Positions 1-10,400 of a DNA stretch of 64,000 nucleotides are shown in pieces. A model generated the notes under the pieces. That model saw only the letters and a program-made list of their open reading frames with translations. It made no database searches and was not told where the DNA came from. The DNA lies in contig CAYQYU010000001.1 in the NCBI GenBank assembly GCA_964421955.1, positions 64,001 through 128,000 on the forward strand. The letters run 5' to 3'. Every line of letters begins with the position of its first letter. The first letter of the stretch is position 1. This stretch comes from an uncultured archaeon (GTDB taxonomy: Archaea > Nanohalarchaeota > Nanosalinia > Nanosalinales > Nanosalinaceae). The position numbers and the translations under genes are program-made.

Positions 1-3000
1 GGAGTCTTGCCTTCAGGAATACTTCTCTTCCACGACCCACGAGTGATTTCTCTGAGTCAAAGTTGAGCGTGAAGGTCTTCGCGTAGACATCTATGTCCCT
101 GGATTCTGTGGTATTGACCAGGCCCTTCGAGGTGTTCGCCTGGAACCTCAGGAAGTACCGGCCGACCTGCTGCGGTGTAACGTTCCAGGTCACTTTACAG
201 GTCTCTCCGCTGGCCATGTTGCCGCACTGGTATGGGTTAGATGTGGTGAAAAGTGTGCCTGAAGGCTCCATGTCCTGCCATCCCGAGCTCGAACTCTTGT
301 ACTCTACGCTGCTGCTCATGAAATCCGGTGTCCTGTTCGAAATCTCCGTGGACATGTCGACCCTGTACTGGATGTATCTACTGTCAGGGGCGAATACTGT
401 CGAGTCATTCGACTGAAGGAACCAGGAGCTCCATGTAACGTTGTCGTCGGATGTCCTGGAGTATACATCGAGAGAGGTATTCTGGGGTACCCCTGCGTCC
501 CAGTAAATGTCTTCATACTCTGTGCTCGACTGGTTTGTATCGAAGACACTCGATACGTATCGGCCGGACGGCTTGAAGCTTATCTCCTGCTCGGATCCAG
601 ATCCGACCTGTGGTTCGCTGGAGACGTACTTCCTTATCCTTACATCACTGAAGGTCGCGTTCGCGTCCTCAAGGCTGTCCCCGTCTTCTGGCCCCTCATT
701 TGAAGCGTCATCTTCTGCTGGCAGGTGGAGGTGCGTCATCGGATCCTGGCTGAAGTCTTCCAGTACTGTGTTAACATCCTGCCAGGTGTTCAGGTTCCCC
801 GCATTGTATGGTTGATCTCCGAAATAGGTCGGCCAGTTCTGGGCTCCACACCATTCATAGTGGAAATCTTGATCGATGGAGGCTTCATCCTGTAGACCTG
901 TAGATATTATATCTCCACAGTCATCCACGAGGAGGTTCATCTCGAGTATCTGGGAGCCGTCCGCATTCACATCGAACGAGCCAAAGTCTTCATGGACGAA
1001 CCATGAGTTACCCCAGGCCCTGAACGAGGTGCCGTTTTCAAGTATCTTGTAGTTGCCATTGAGGTTCTGACTGTTTCCGCCGTTTATCGTGGTCTCGGAG
1101 AAGTTGAAGTAGATACTGAAGACGCTGTCCGCGTCTCCCTCGTAATCTGCGTCATCGTTACCGTAGTACATCTGTACCCTGGTGTTTACACCGGATTCGA
1201 GCTCGGGCATCTTCACCCAGACCGTGGCGTTCTCGCCTGTTGAATTCCACTCCTCTATCCAGTAGTCCAGCTCCACGTTTTCGCTCGCACTACTGTTGTA
1301 CCAGCCGAACCTGATCTCGCTCCTGTCCTCTGACCATTCGAAGTTGCTGCCGACATTACTCGAGTTCAGTACAAAGTCGACGGTGTAGTTCGTGAGGTTG
1401 GTGCCCGATGGATTCGAGACGTTGAAGTCCTTCCTGAACTTCCACTCGGTGTTCCACCAGGGAGAGCCCTGGACATCTGTCTCGAGAGTTAGCGAATCTC
1501 CCGGGATCGATACATTAGTCGAACTGTTGTAATCCGAGAAACTTTCTTTGGTATCCTCTCTCCATATCTCCGTAGGCGTTGTCTGGGTCTCGTACTGCGC
1601 GGAAACGTTGACCTCGCCGCAGCTCCCGGTACATTCTACAGATCCGTTCATCAGGAACTCGTCCCCGCGCGTTTTCTGCGTGAAGTCTTGAGGTTCGTCG
1701 ATGTCGACACTCAGCGAGGTCAGGCTCTGTTCTCCAAGACCGTTGCTTGAGAGCTGTGGAGACACGTACTTTCTAAGGAAAACCCAGTCCACCCTGTCGT
1801 AGTTCGAGGTATCGTCTGTATCTCCCGCGAGGTGGAAGTAGAAAGGATCTTTAAGGGATCCTGAGGCGTTCTGGTACTGCCCTGTCTCTGAATCGTAGTA
1901 GGAGATTTCCGAAGAAGTGTGTATCAGTGAGTGTCTCTCGAAGTCTCTTGAATTAACGTCTTCGACTGTTACAGCACTTGATGTAGAAGTGTTCGAAGGC
2001 AACTGTATTCCTTTTCCATCACCTAAATTGTTTCCTCCGCCTGAGCCCTCCGCATCGAAATTTGTCCAAGTTTCACCTGACTGCAGCCAGTCGGCCGTCT
2101 GAGATCCGGCGAAACCGGTGCCGAAGTCTCCGTCACCCGAATCAGGGTTCCTTGCCCTTATTCCCGCAACTTTTGGAGCGGAAAAGTTTTCCTGCGTGGC
2201 GAAGTAAGTCCCGTCGGAGTTCCAGCCGCCTGTGAGTTCCAGGTTACCTCCGGTTTCCACCGCCTGAGAGCCCGCGTTTGTGGTCCATTTTGAAGAGTCT
2301 ATGCTTGAGTCACTGAAGTTGTCGAATAGCTCCATCGTGGCCTCCCCCTTCGACTCTGGTTCCGCTCCGCTGTTCCCATAGTAGTGGTATATCCTGGCGA
2401 CTCCGTTACCCATACCTATATCTTTCGATGAAGCCGGTATCTCGGTGACGTTGACCCAGATGGTCGCGTTCTCGCCACCTGAATTCCAGTCCTCTATCCA
2501 GTAGTTCAGTTCGGTCTCGTTGTCGATCTCCGGCTCGTAGATGGTGAAACGGGTGGCGTTCCTGTCCCTGGTCCAGTTGAAGCCCGGGCCTACACTGCCC
2601 GAGTCAAGTTCTATCTTCACCTGGAAGTTGCTGAGTTCTTGGTCCGCGGTGTTGTTAATATTGTAAGGCTTCCTGTAGAGCCAGGACTCGTTGTACCATG
2701 AATTAAATGCGGGCGGAATATCGATCTCTTCTTCGTCCTCCAAGACTGCGGCGCTGTCGTAAACTGTCTGTACCTCGGACTGGGATAGCGCCCGATCATA
2801 AACTCTTACACCATCAATTCTTCCGTCTATAAAGTTGACGCTGCTTCCGTCGAATGCCCACCATCCAACGTTGAAGTTCATGTCGTTTCCGGTGTTGACC
2901 GTACAGGATGGAAGCGTTGAGTCCACCAGCTCTGAGCCGTTACCGTAGACCCTGAGGTGTGATCCGTTCCAGGTCATCGCCATGTGGAGCCACTGGCCGC

Positions 3001-6000
3001 TGCTGCCGAACGTGAAGTCCTGGTCGCAGCTGCCTCCCCAGAGCTGGGTTCTCCAATCTCCCTCGCTTTGAAGCTCTCTGAGCGAGAAGTCCTGCCCGTC
3101 CGACCCTGTAGATCCTACGCTCCAGATACCTCCGTCGTCCCATGTCCCTCTCGGGTAGACCCAGGCCATAATAGTCTTCGGCTTGTTCCCGTCGATATTG
3201 AGTTCGGAGGCTGTTAGACCCGGTGTCACGTAGTCGTTGCTGCCATCGAAGCTGTACGCATCCCCTGTCCTGCTCGAAGCTTCCTGTGTCACTCCTCCCG
3301 CGAGAGTTCCGTGCCTTCCTTTAATGTGATCCCAGGCGAAGCTTCCGTTCTCGTCAAAGGTGTAGTAGAGCTTGAGATCCTCTGGAGGATTCGAACAGCT
3401 CGAGTAGTTCGAGGGCTGTGTCTGGAAACTGCAGTACTCCGTTGACCTGTTCGCGACCTGGGTGACGTTCCATCCTTCCCCGGTTAAATTGCCCTGATGG
3501 TACGCGTAGAGATCTTCCCCGTTCGCGCCGTTCAGTGTGCCGTAGATCCAGTGATCCATCGGGTCAAAATTCTCGTTCACCGGATCAGTGCCGTTCAGCG
3601 CCGCAACGATCTCAGAGTCCGTCGACGAGTTTATCAGGTGGCGGTACTGCATCGACTTGTTGAACCAGTCGTCGATAGTCACCTCGAAAGATCTTCTGTC
3701 CGTTACTTCCCAGTTGCCGGCCTTGTCAACACCCCATATCCTGTATCCGAGCGTTCCGTTGAAAGATGCGTTGTCCCAGTTGAAGTCCGCGACCTCCCAC
3801 CGGTCAACCGCTCCTCCGAGGTCCTCAGGCGAGCCGTATACAGACTTGTTCTCGAAGCTTCCTGTCTCGTTGGTGGCCAGGTATGCGTCCTGTATTCCGG
3901 AGACATTATCGAGGAACTCAACGGTTATCGCGGCCTGGCTGCCCTGTATGATCGAGCCTCCGGTATCATCGTCGAGCCTTCTCCACTCAGGCTTAAGGTC
4001 GTCCTTTTCAACCACCTCGAAGCTGGCGGTATTATTTTTGCTGTAACCTAGCGTGTTGTTGGCGTATACTGTAGCGGTCCATGTGCCTGGATTGCCTGCC
4101 TCGTCCGGAATCGTGTACTCGGACCAGTACTGGCTGAAGAACTCTGAGCCGTTGTTCATCCTTATATTCGTCAGCTCAGGACTGTCTTCGTCATCCGTAA
4201 GGTTCAGGAGCACCGCATCAACCTCGTCTCCCAGATCCGTCACGTTTACGGTTATATTGACTGTCGCTGTCTCCTCCACAGGGTCCGGATCAGCTTTCGG
4301 GGCCTCAACCTTCAGGGGGTTGTCCGGCTTCTCTTCTTCTGCCCCGAGAGGCGAGTCCTTCGACTGTATAGCCTTGATCTCGGCCTGGCTGAGAGCGCGG
4401 TCGTACACCCTTGCGCCGTCGATACGGGCGTCGATATAGCCCCCGTCCCACTCACCGAAGTTCAGTGTATCCGTATCTGCGGTATTGAGAGATTCAGCGT
4501 TACAGGCTATCTCTGTACCGTTCGCATATACGCAGAGCGTACTCCCGTCATAGGTCATGGCAAGATGGTGCCACTGGTCGTTGCCACCGAAAGTGAAGTC
4601 GACATCGGCGCCGCCCCAGAGCTGGGCTCTCCACTGTCCTTCTCCACCGCCTTCACCGGGTCCGAGCTGCCTCATGGAGAAATCCTCTCCTGCTGTTCCA
4701 GTACCACCTGTACTCCAGACTCCAGCGTTATCCGCCCACGATCTCGGGTAGACCCAGGCCATGATGGTCTTGGGCTTCGAACCGGAGGTGTTGAAAGCTG
4801 AAGCGGTGAGTCCTGTGTCCACCTCCTCGTTTCCACCCGCTAACGAGTAGCTCTGCCCCTGTATACCTGTCGCGCCCTGTGTGACCCCTCCAGCCAGAGT
4901 TCCATGCCGGCCTTTGATTTGATCCCACGCCACTGGTCCCTGTTGATCAAATGTCCAGAAGCCCTGAAGGTCTTGAGGCGGGCGCGGACACCTTGTATTG
5001 TTCTCGGGAAGCGTCTGAATCTGGCATAGTTCCTCGGTCTCGTTCTTTATACGAGTGGCGTTCCAGCCTCCCCCATTCGAATCCTGATGGTAAGCGTATG
5101 TCGGATCTGTCTCATTCCCCACTGTCCCGTATATCCAGTGGTCCATCGGATCGAAACCTTCTTGTATAGCGCTTCTACCCGATATAGAGCCAAAGCTCAG
5201 GTTGCCTGTAAGGTTATGCCTGTATTTGAAGCTGACGTCGAACCAGTCCGGTTCGAGCGAGTAGAAGCTCGTGGAGTTTGTATCTTCTACCCCGACAGAG
5301 TTGTTCGCAGCGATGTCCGCGGTCCAGAGACCTTTCGAGCTGTCATCGATATCCATGGTATGGGCGTAGTAGTACTGTTCCGGTATCTTCGAGTCGTTTA
5401 TCATGACCGCGTTTTGGAGCTCCAGTGTTCCCGAATCATCTGTAAGGTTGAGAAGTACCGTATCCAGTTCTCCGGGAGTGGAAACATTTACCGTTACATT
5501 GAACTCTCTACCTACTACCGGTCTTTCCTCTATTTCCGGCTCGTTCACCTGGACAGGAACTGACTTCTCGAAGCCCCAGTAGGTGTAAAGAGCGTTGTCT
5601 ATCCTTATATCCGCAGTTGCAGAACTTGTGGTGTTCGACCAGTCAAGCCCGAACCCGGTCCTGTTCAGCTCGGTCAAGGTGGCCCGCTCTTCACCTATGA
5701 TGTTACCGTCAACATCAGTGTAGAGAAGCCTGAATGCACTCTCATTCGATGATCCCGAGGCGTGGCCATCTACCGAGCTTGAGTGTGATGAGAACCCTAT
5801 CGACTGCTGGGACGAGACGTTTCCCGCTCCGGTCATCCATCCCCAGTGACCCTCCGGGTTGTTGTCGCCCGAGTAGCCTTCCTGTGCCGTACTGTTAACT
5901 GTGTTCGAGGCGAGGAAGGATACCGATTCGAGGTACTTGTCAGTATTTTTGAACTCTGTCGTGGCCGATGCAGGAGTTGTGCCTGTACCTATATCAGGTT

Positions 6001-7468
6001 CCGCGGACGAGTTGACCGCCCAGTAGGTCACTAGGAACTGGGATCCCTCAGCGGTGTCGGGGTTGACATTCGTATAGTCAAGATTGAAGCCCGTGGAGTC
6101 GAAAGATTCGAGCTCAGCCTGGAGTCTTCCATCTATATTACCTGAGTCAGCCTTCCATAGAGTGTGTATTATCTCTGAGTCGTTGGCGGCCCAGACGTGT
6201 GAGTCGATACTCGATGACTCCAGGGTGGTGGACATCGTCATCTGTTCCAGCTTGCCGCTGTGGTTCGCCGCGAATCCGTGGGTCCAGCCGTGATCTGTAC
6301 TGTCCTGTGCCGAGAACCCGAGGTTCTGAATATCTGGAGAGGTTACGACCCGGAGGAAGTTCGGCTTAAATCCTGTACTGATTGATTGAGTTCCTGTCGA
6401 AGACCGGGTCTGGAAGCTCCCAACATCGACCTCTGTGTCGTCAGGAAAGTTATAGGCAGTGTAGGTTACGTATTCCTGTTGCTGGGTCTCTTCGAACTCA
6501 ACGTTAAAGCCTGAACTGTAGGTACCGGTTACAGTACCGTTTATGTATCCATTAAAAGTTCCTCCGGCATCAGTTGTGAATACCTGTAAAACGCTGGAGC
6601 TACCGCTTGAGGCGGAATAATGGGCATCGGTCGATGCGGAGCCCGAGCCTGTAGACTGCGCCACCTCTGTACAGCTTCCTTCCTGGCATTTTGCGAAGCC
6701 GTATCCCCATCCAAACTCCTGGCTGCCCTCAACCGTCGTGGTGTTGAACTGGTCGTTTGTGGCTGTTAACCTGAAAGTTACGAGGTCAGGCTCGAAGCCG
6801 ACCGAGGTCACGTTGACGTTTCCAGGAGAGGCCGGAGACAGGAATCTGCCGTTCCTTACCTTCATCTGCTTCTTGAGTCCGGCGACTCCCGAGAAATGGT
6901 CGATTTTCACGACAGTTTTTCCGCCCACAGTCTCGTAGTAAGGTCTCTCACCGGTGTTCTTCCCTATATCGTAACATCTCGGATTTTCCGGGGAGCCCTC
7001 ACATTTCTGGACTTTCGAGTATTCTCCTGGCAGGATGACCCGTGCGGTGTAGTTTTCTGTCAGGTTCTGCATCTCGACCCATGCCATATCCTGCAGACCG
7101 TCAAACCTTTCGAGTACTGAGACGTCTGCAGTACCGTTCCAGTTTATATCCGATGCTGTTATCTCAATACCGACCTCTTCTTCCGCGTAACGGAGTCTTG
7201 TCAGATTATTCTGCGTGTTCTCCCAGACCTCGACACCCTCGACCTTCTGTTTCTTCACCCATTCCTGGCTCTGAGCCTCAAGCTCCCTGGCTCCTAGCTG
7301 TCGCCAGTTCTCTTCCTGCGGCATCGAGCTGAACACCTGCTCGAAGTCATCGGTCTCTGCGGGCGCGTGGAACATCCCGGTCATCCCGGGGCTGAAAACG
7401 AGGAAGGCTGCGGCTACCGAGATGAGTAATGTTGCCGTCGCCGCCTTCGATCTCCTGCTCCTTATCAT
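1..7468 (-). CDS. Giant secreted surface protein (>2489 aa, C-terminus beyond left edge); two LamG/ConA-like and two DUF2341-like domains plus Ig-like repeats
   Basis: Manual translation from ATG at 7468 (MIRSRRSKAATATLLISVAAAFLVFSPG, signal-peptide-like). The same frame is open at the window start (...FLKARL). LamG motifs GFWTFD...TIMAWVYP...WHHLAMTYDG...IDGARVYDRALSQAEI at ~4370-4970 and ~2770-3390; DUF2341-like LNYWIEDW...ATIWV...YYGN at ~2330-2700 and ~1110-1460. Not in the ORF track, presumably because no stop lies in the window. Confidence 0.88.
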   Translation of the reverse strand, partial: MIRSRRSKAATATLLISVAAAFLVFSPGMTGMFHAPAETDDFEQVFSSMPQEENWRQLGARELEAQSQEWVKKQKVEGVEVWENTQNNLTRLRYAEEEVGIEITASDINWNGTADVSVLERFDGLQDMAWVEMQNLTENYTARVILPGEYSKVQKCEGSPENPRCYDIGKNTGERPYYETVGGKTVVKIDHFSGVAGLKKQMKVRNGRFLSPASPGNVNVTSVGFEPDLVTFRLTATNDQFNTTTVEGSQEFGWGYGFAKCQEGSCTEVAQSTGSGSASTDAHYSASSGSSSVLQVFTTDAGGTFNGYINGTVTGTYSSGFNVEFEETQQQEYVTYTAYNFPDDTEVDVGSFQTRSSTGTQSISTGFKPNFLRVVTSPDIQNLGFSAQDSTDHGWTHGFAANHSGKLEQMTMSTTLESSSIDSHVWAANDSEIIHTLWKADSGNIDGRLQAELESFDSTGFNLDYTNVNPDTAEGSQFLVTYWAVNSSAEPDIGTGTTPASATTEFKNTDKYLESVSFLASNTVNSTAQEGYSGDNNPEGHWGWMTGAGNVSSQQSIGFSSHSSSVDGHASGSSNESAFRLLYTDVDGNIIGEERATLTELNRTGFGLDWSNTTSSATADIRIDNALYTYWGFEKSVPVQVNEPEIEERPVVGREFNVTVNVSTPGELDTVLLNLTDDSGTLELQNAVMINDSKIPEQYYYAHTMDIDDSSKGLWTADIAANNSVGVEDTNSTSFYSLEPDWFDVSFKYRHNLTGNLSFGSISGRSAIQEGFDPMDHWIYGTVGNETDPTYAYHQDSNGGGWNATRIKNETEELCQIQTLPENNTRCPRPPQDLQGFWTFDQQGPVAWDQIKGRHGTLAGGVTQGATGIQGQSYSLAGGNEEVDTGLTASAFNTSGSKPKTIMAWVYPRSWADNAGVWSTGGTGTAGEDFSMRQLGPGEGGGEGQWRAQLWGGADVDFTFGGNDQWHHLAMTYDGSTLCVYANGTEIACNAESLNTADTDTLNFGEWDGGYIDARIDGARVYDRALSQAEIKAIQSKDSPLGAEEEKPDNPLKVEAPKADPDPVEETATVNITVNVTDLGDEVDAVLLNLTDDEDSPELTNIRMNNGSEFFSQYWSEYTIPDEAGNPGTWTATVYANNTLGYSKNNTASFEVVEKDDLKPEWRRLDDDTGGSIIQGSQAAITVEFLDNVSGIQDAYLATNETGSFENKSVYGSPEDLGGAVDRWEVADFNWDNASFNGTLGYRIWGVDKAGNWEVTDRRSFEVTIDDWFNKSMQYRHLINSSTDSEIVAALNGTDPVNENFDPMDHWIYGTLNGANGEDLYAYHQGNLTGEGWNVTQVANRSTEYCSFQTQPSNYSSCSNPPEDLKLYYTFDENGSFAWDHIKGRHGTLAGGVTQEASSRTGDAYSFDGSNDYVTPGLTASELNIDGNKPKTIMAWVYPRGTWDDGGIWSVGSTGSDGQDFSLRELQSEGDWRTQLWGGSCDQDFTFGSSGQWLHMAMTWNGSHLRVYGNGSELVDSTLPSCTVNTGNDMNFNVGWWAFDGSSVNFIDGRIDGVRVYDRALSQSEVQTVYDSAAVLEDEEEIDIPPAFNSWYNESWLYRKPYNINNTADQELSNFQVKIELDSGSVGPGFNWTRDRNATRFTIYEPEIDNETELNYWIEDWNSGGENATIWVNVTEIPASSKDIGMGNGVARIYHYYGNSGAEPESKGEATMELFDNFSDSSIDSSKWTTNAGSQAVETGGNLELTGGWNSDGTYFATQENFSAPKVAGIRARNPDSGDGDFGTGFAGSQTADWLQSGETWTNFDAEGSGGGNNLGDGKGIQLPSNTSTSSAVTVEDVNSRDFERHSLIHTSSEISYYDSETGQYQNASGSLKDPFYFHLAGDTDDTSNYDRVDWVFLRKYVSPQLSSNGLGEQSLTSLSVDIDEPQDFTQKTRGDEFLMNGSVECTGSCGEVNVSAQYETQTTPTEIWREDTKESFSDYNSSTNVSIPGDSLTLETDVQGSPWWNTEWKFRKDFNVSNPSGTNLTNYTVDFVLNSSNVGSNFEWSEDRSEIRFGWYNSSASENVELDYWIEEWNSTGENATVWVKMPELESGVNTRVQMYYGNDDADYEGDADSVFSIYFNFSETTINGGNSQNLNGNYKILENGTSFRAWGNSWFVHEDFGSFDVNADGSQILEMNLLVDDCGDIISTGLQDEASIDQDFHYEWCGAQNWPTYFGDQPYNAGNLNTWQDVNTVLEDFSQDPMTHLHLPAEDDASNEGPEDGDSLEDANATFSDVRIRKYVSSEPQVGSGSEQEISFKPSGRYVSSVFDTNQSSTEYEDIYWDAGVPQNTSLDVYSRTSDDNVTWSSWFLQSNDSTVFAPDSRYIQYRVDMSTEISNRTPDFMSSSVEYKSSSSGWQDMEPSGTLFTTSNPYQCGNMASGETCKVTWNVTPQQVGRYFLRFQANTSKGLVNTTESRDIDVYAKTFTLNFDSEKSLVGRGREVFLKARL

Positions 7469-7469
7469 T

Positions 7470-10400
7470 CTATCCCGTCGCGTTCACCTTGAAGAACAGC
7501 GTTCCGTTGTAATCGGAGGATTTTATGCCGGTCGGTACGTCGATCCAGTAGAATGTCGTGAGATTGGTGTTCGAACTCACATCCGGCTGGAGCAGATCGT
7601 AGGTTCCGGAAAGGTCTGTCTCATTCGAAATATCATTTTCAAGACCGTAACTGACGTTTTCAGCATCTATAGAGTAGTCTCCCCATCCATCAGTCGCCAG
7701 GTCCGTCGACCTTATCCATGTATCTGCGGTCGCACATCCGCCGACCGACAGGTTGTACTCATGGTTGGAGTTGCCCGCGGCCGAGATGTTTCTCTCTCCA
7801 GGATCAAGAACTCCGAAGTCGACCCTGTCCGCCTGGAAATTCGTGTAAAGTGCCTTCCTCAGGGAAATCAGGGCGTCGTCTGAATTATTCGGCTGCATTC
7901 CCTCTCTCATCGAGGAGGCGTTTACGTCAAGCAGGTAGTCCCTGATGCTTCCGGTGGCGTTGACAGACCAGTTGATGTAGAAGCTATCGCCTTCCTTCAT
8001 CGAGTTGTTCCCGAGCCTGGTGTTCGGACCCAGTGTGTGGAAAGGTGTTCCCGAGTTCTCGGGTATCAGCGTTTCCGCAGAACCGCTCTCGTTGTACCGC
8101 GTCGAGGCATAGACATCGCCACATAGACCGTCCCTGCAGTTGACTGTGGCGTTGACCGTGAAGTCGTCGTTTTTACAGACCGTGGTCGACGAGGGGGGCT
8201 CAGTCAGTTCGACGTCAAGAAAGCCGAGCTTGGTGACGTTGAGGAGGTGGTAGTCCTCGCTTCCTGTAGCCGATGAGGTGTCGTTGACTTTGAACTGCTG
8301 GCTGTAGCTGTTTGATACAGTATCAGTTATGTTGACGATGTACTTGGCGTACATCGTGTTGTTGTTCTCGATCGTCTGGAGCACTCCGCCGTTCGATGTG
8401 TCCCAGTTGACCCTGCCGGAGCTGGTGCTTCCACCGTCAAAGTCCCCGGAGATGTTGTACCATATCTTCGTGACCGGCCATCCTGTATTCAGGCCGTCAT
8501 GGAAAAGTTCGTCCGAGTTCTCTATGTCCCAGTCGCCGTCTCCCTGGTTCCTTATCCTGAACTCGAACCTGTACTGGTCTCCCTCGTTGTGGCCGATATC
8601 AAGTGTGGTGTTCAGTCCTGTGTCGACCAGTCTTCCGCCCGTCTCCTTGTCCACAAGATCTGTAACCTCGTAGATCCTGATATCGGTCACGTTCGGAAGT
8701 GTCGCTCCCTTTCCAACTCCGAAGGCATCGAATCGATCAACTTCAAACCAGATATGGGTGGAGTTTTGCTTTGCACCGTATTCCGAGGTCGAGTTGACCT
8801 GCCAACTATTACACGACGCGGCGCCAAAGTCCCAGTCGGTACAGTGAAGAACCACGTTCGGATCAGTCCCGAGCTTCGGCAGCACCAGTTTCGCACCACT
8901 GTAATCGAGACCGGTATCATCCAGGGCGTAGACTGTAGTAACATTTGTAACTCCGGCAGGCGTTGAACCGGTGTAGTTCCTGACTACCTGGGGCTCCACC
9001 TCCTTTGCGGAGTCAACTGTAATATCCTTCAGAGTCGCGATGAAGAACGATGAAAAGACTGGCGCGGTATTCCTTACAGTATAGTTCAGGTCGCGGGCCA
9101 GGCCTTTCTCAAGGTAGTTTTCTGTGGACGTGTCTGCCGAGGCAACCGTGTTGCCGAAAGAGTCCAAGAACTCGAGTCTGGCATCGCTATATATGCTCCC
9201 TGAACTGTCCTTAAGAGTGGTGTTGAAGCTGTAGGTCAGGGATTCCGAGTGGAGTTCTAACTCGTTTATGATCGGCGTTTTCTCTGGTGTTGATGCCGTA
9301 AAGTTCACGTTGACGAATGCCTGGCCCCCGTTCTGGGTAAAGTTCAGTGTGTAGTTCCTTCTCTGCGTGCCTGAAAGCTTGACAGTCTGGGTCTCTCCGT
9401 TTGTTGTCTCGACCTCGATCCAGCTCTGGTTTCCGCTACTCGCGGCGTTCTCGTAATCCACCAGCATCCTAGTCAGTCTCCCTGAGTCCGGAACATCGAC
9501 GGTCTGGTTGTAGTCGCCGTTGAAGACTCCATCTTTTCCACCGAAGTAAAGCTGGTCGATCTCTCCCTGGTCAAGACTTTTGTTGAACAGCATCGCCTCG
9601 TCAACTCCTCCGCTGAAGTAGAAGTTAGTGGTTTTCGAGGCACCGATCCAGAGTTTGTCATAAAGGTTCTCGTAGTCACCCGAAGCGGTCGCGACCTGGT
9701 TTCCGTCAACATACATAGCAAGGTCGACATTGCTGCTCGAGGTCCTGTCCTGTGTCAGGGTTACGTGGTGCCACCCGGAGAGACCGGATACGTCGTAGCT
9801 CATGACCTGGCCCGCGGCGTCACCTCTCCAGTGCTTCAGCTGCCCGTTCTCTATACCCAGGTCGAGAGGTTTGCTGGAAACGTCCTCCGAGAAGCTGAGG
9901 AATTCTTCCCGGGCCCCGTTGTTCCAGCTATCAGGTTTTATCCAGACTGATACCGTCCAGTCAGGCTTCGCGACCTCGGAGATATCAGCATCGACGTAAC
10001 CCGAGCCGCTGAAGTAGAAATGATCTGTGCTGAAGACCCCTCCCGAGGTTCTTGTCGCGCCCGCGACAGCTCCGTTGAAACCGTTTCCGGAGTAGTCCTT
10101 CGCAGCACCTGAATCAGTATCGAGCCTCCAGAAACCGATCGGTGCCAGCGTATAATTCATGTAACCGATTCCGAGGTTGCCCGAGTTATCCTGTCTAGTC
10201 ACGCTCGTGTAGTTGAAGACTCCAGTCCAGGCTGATAGATCCGAGATGTCGCTGGACTGTACATTGGTCTGTTCCTCTACAAGGAAGCTGTTTTCTGGCG
10301 TCGAGTTCCAGTTGCCTGCTGCGTCCCGGAACCAGACCCGGTATCCGAGAACTCCGCTAAATCCGATATTGTCCCAGGTGAAGTCCACCAGCCTTTTCGA

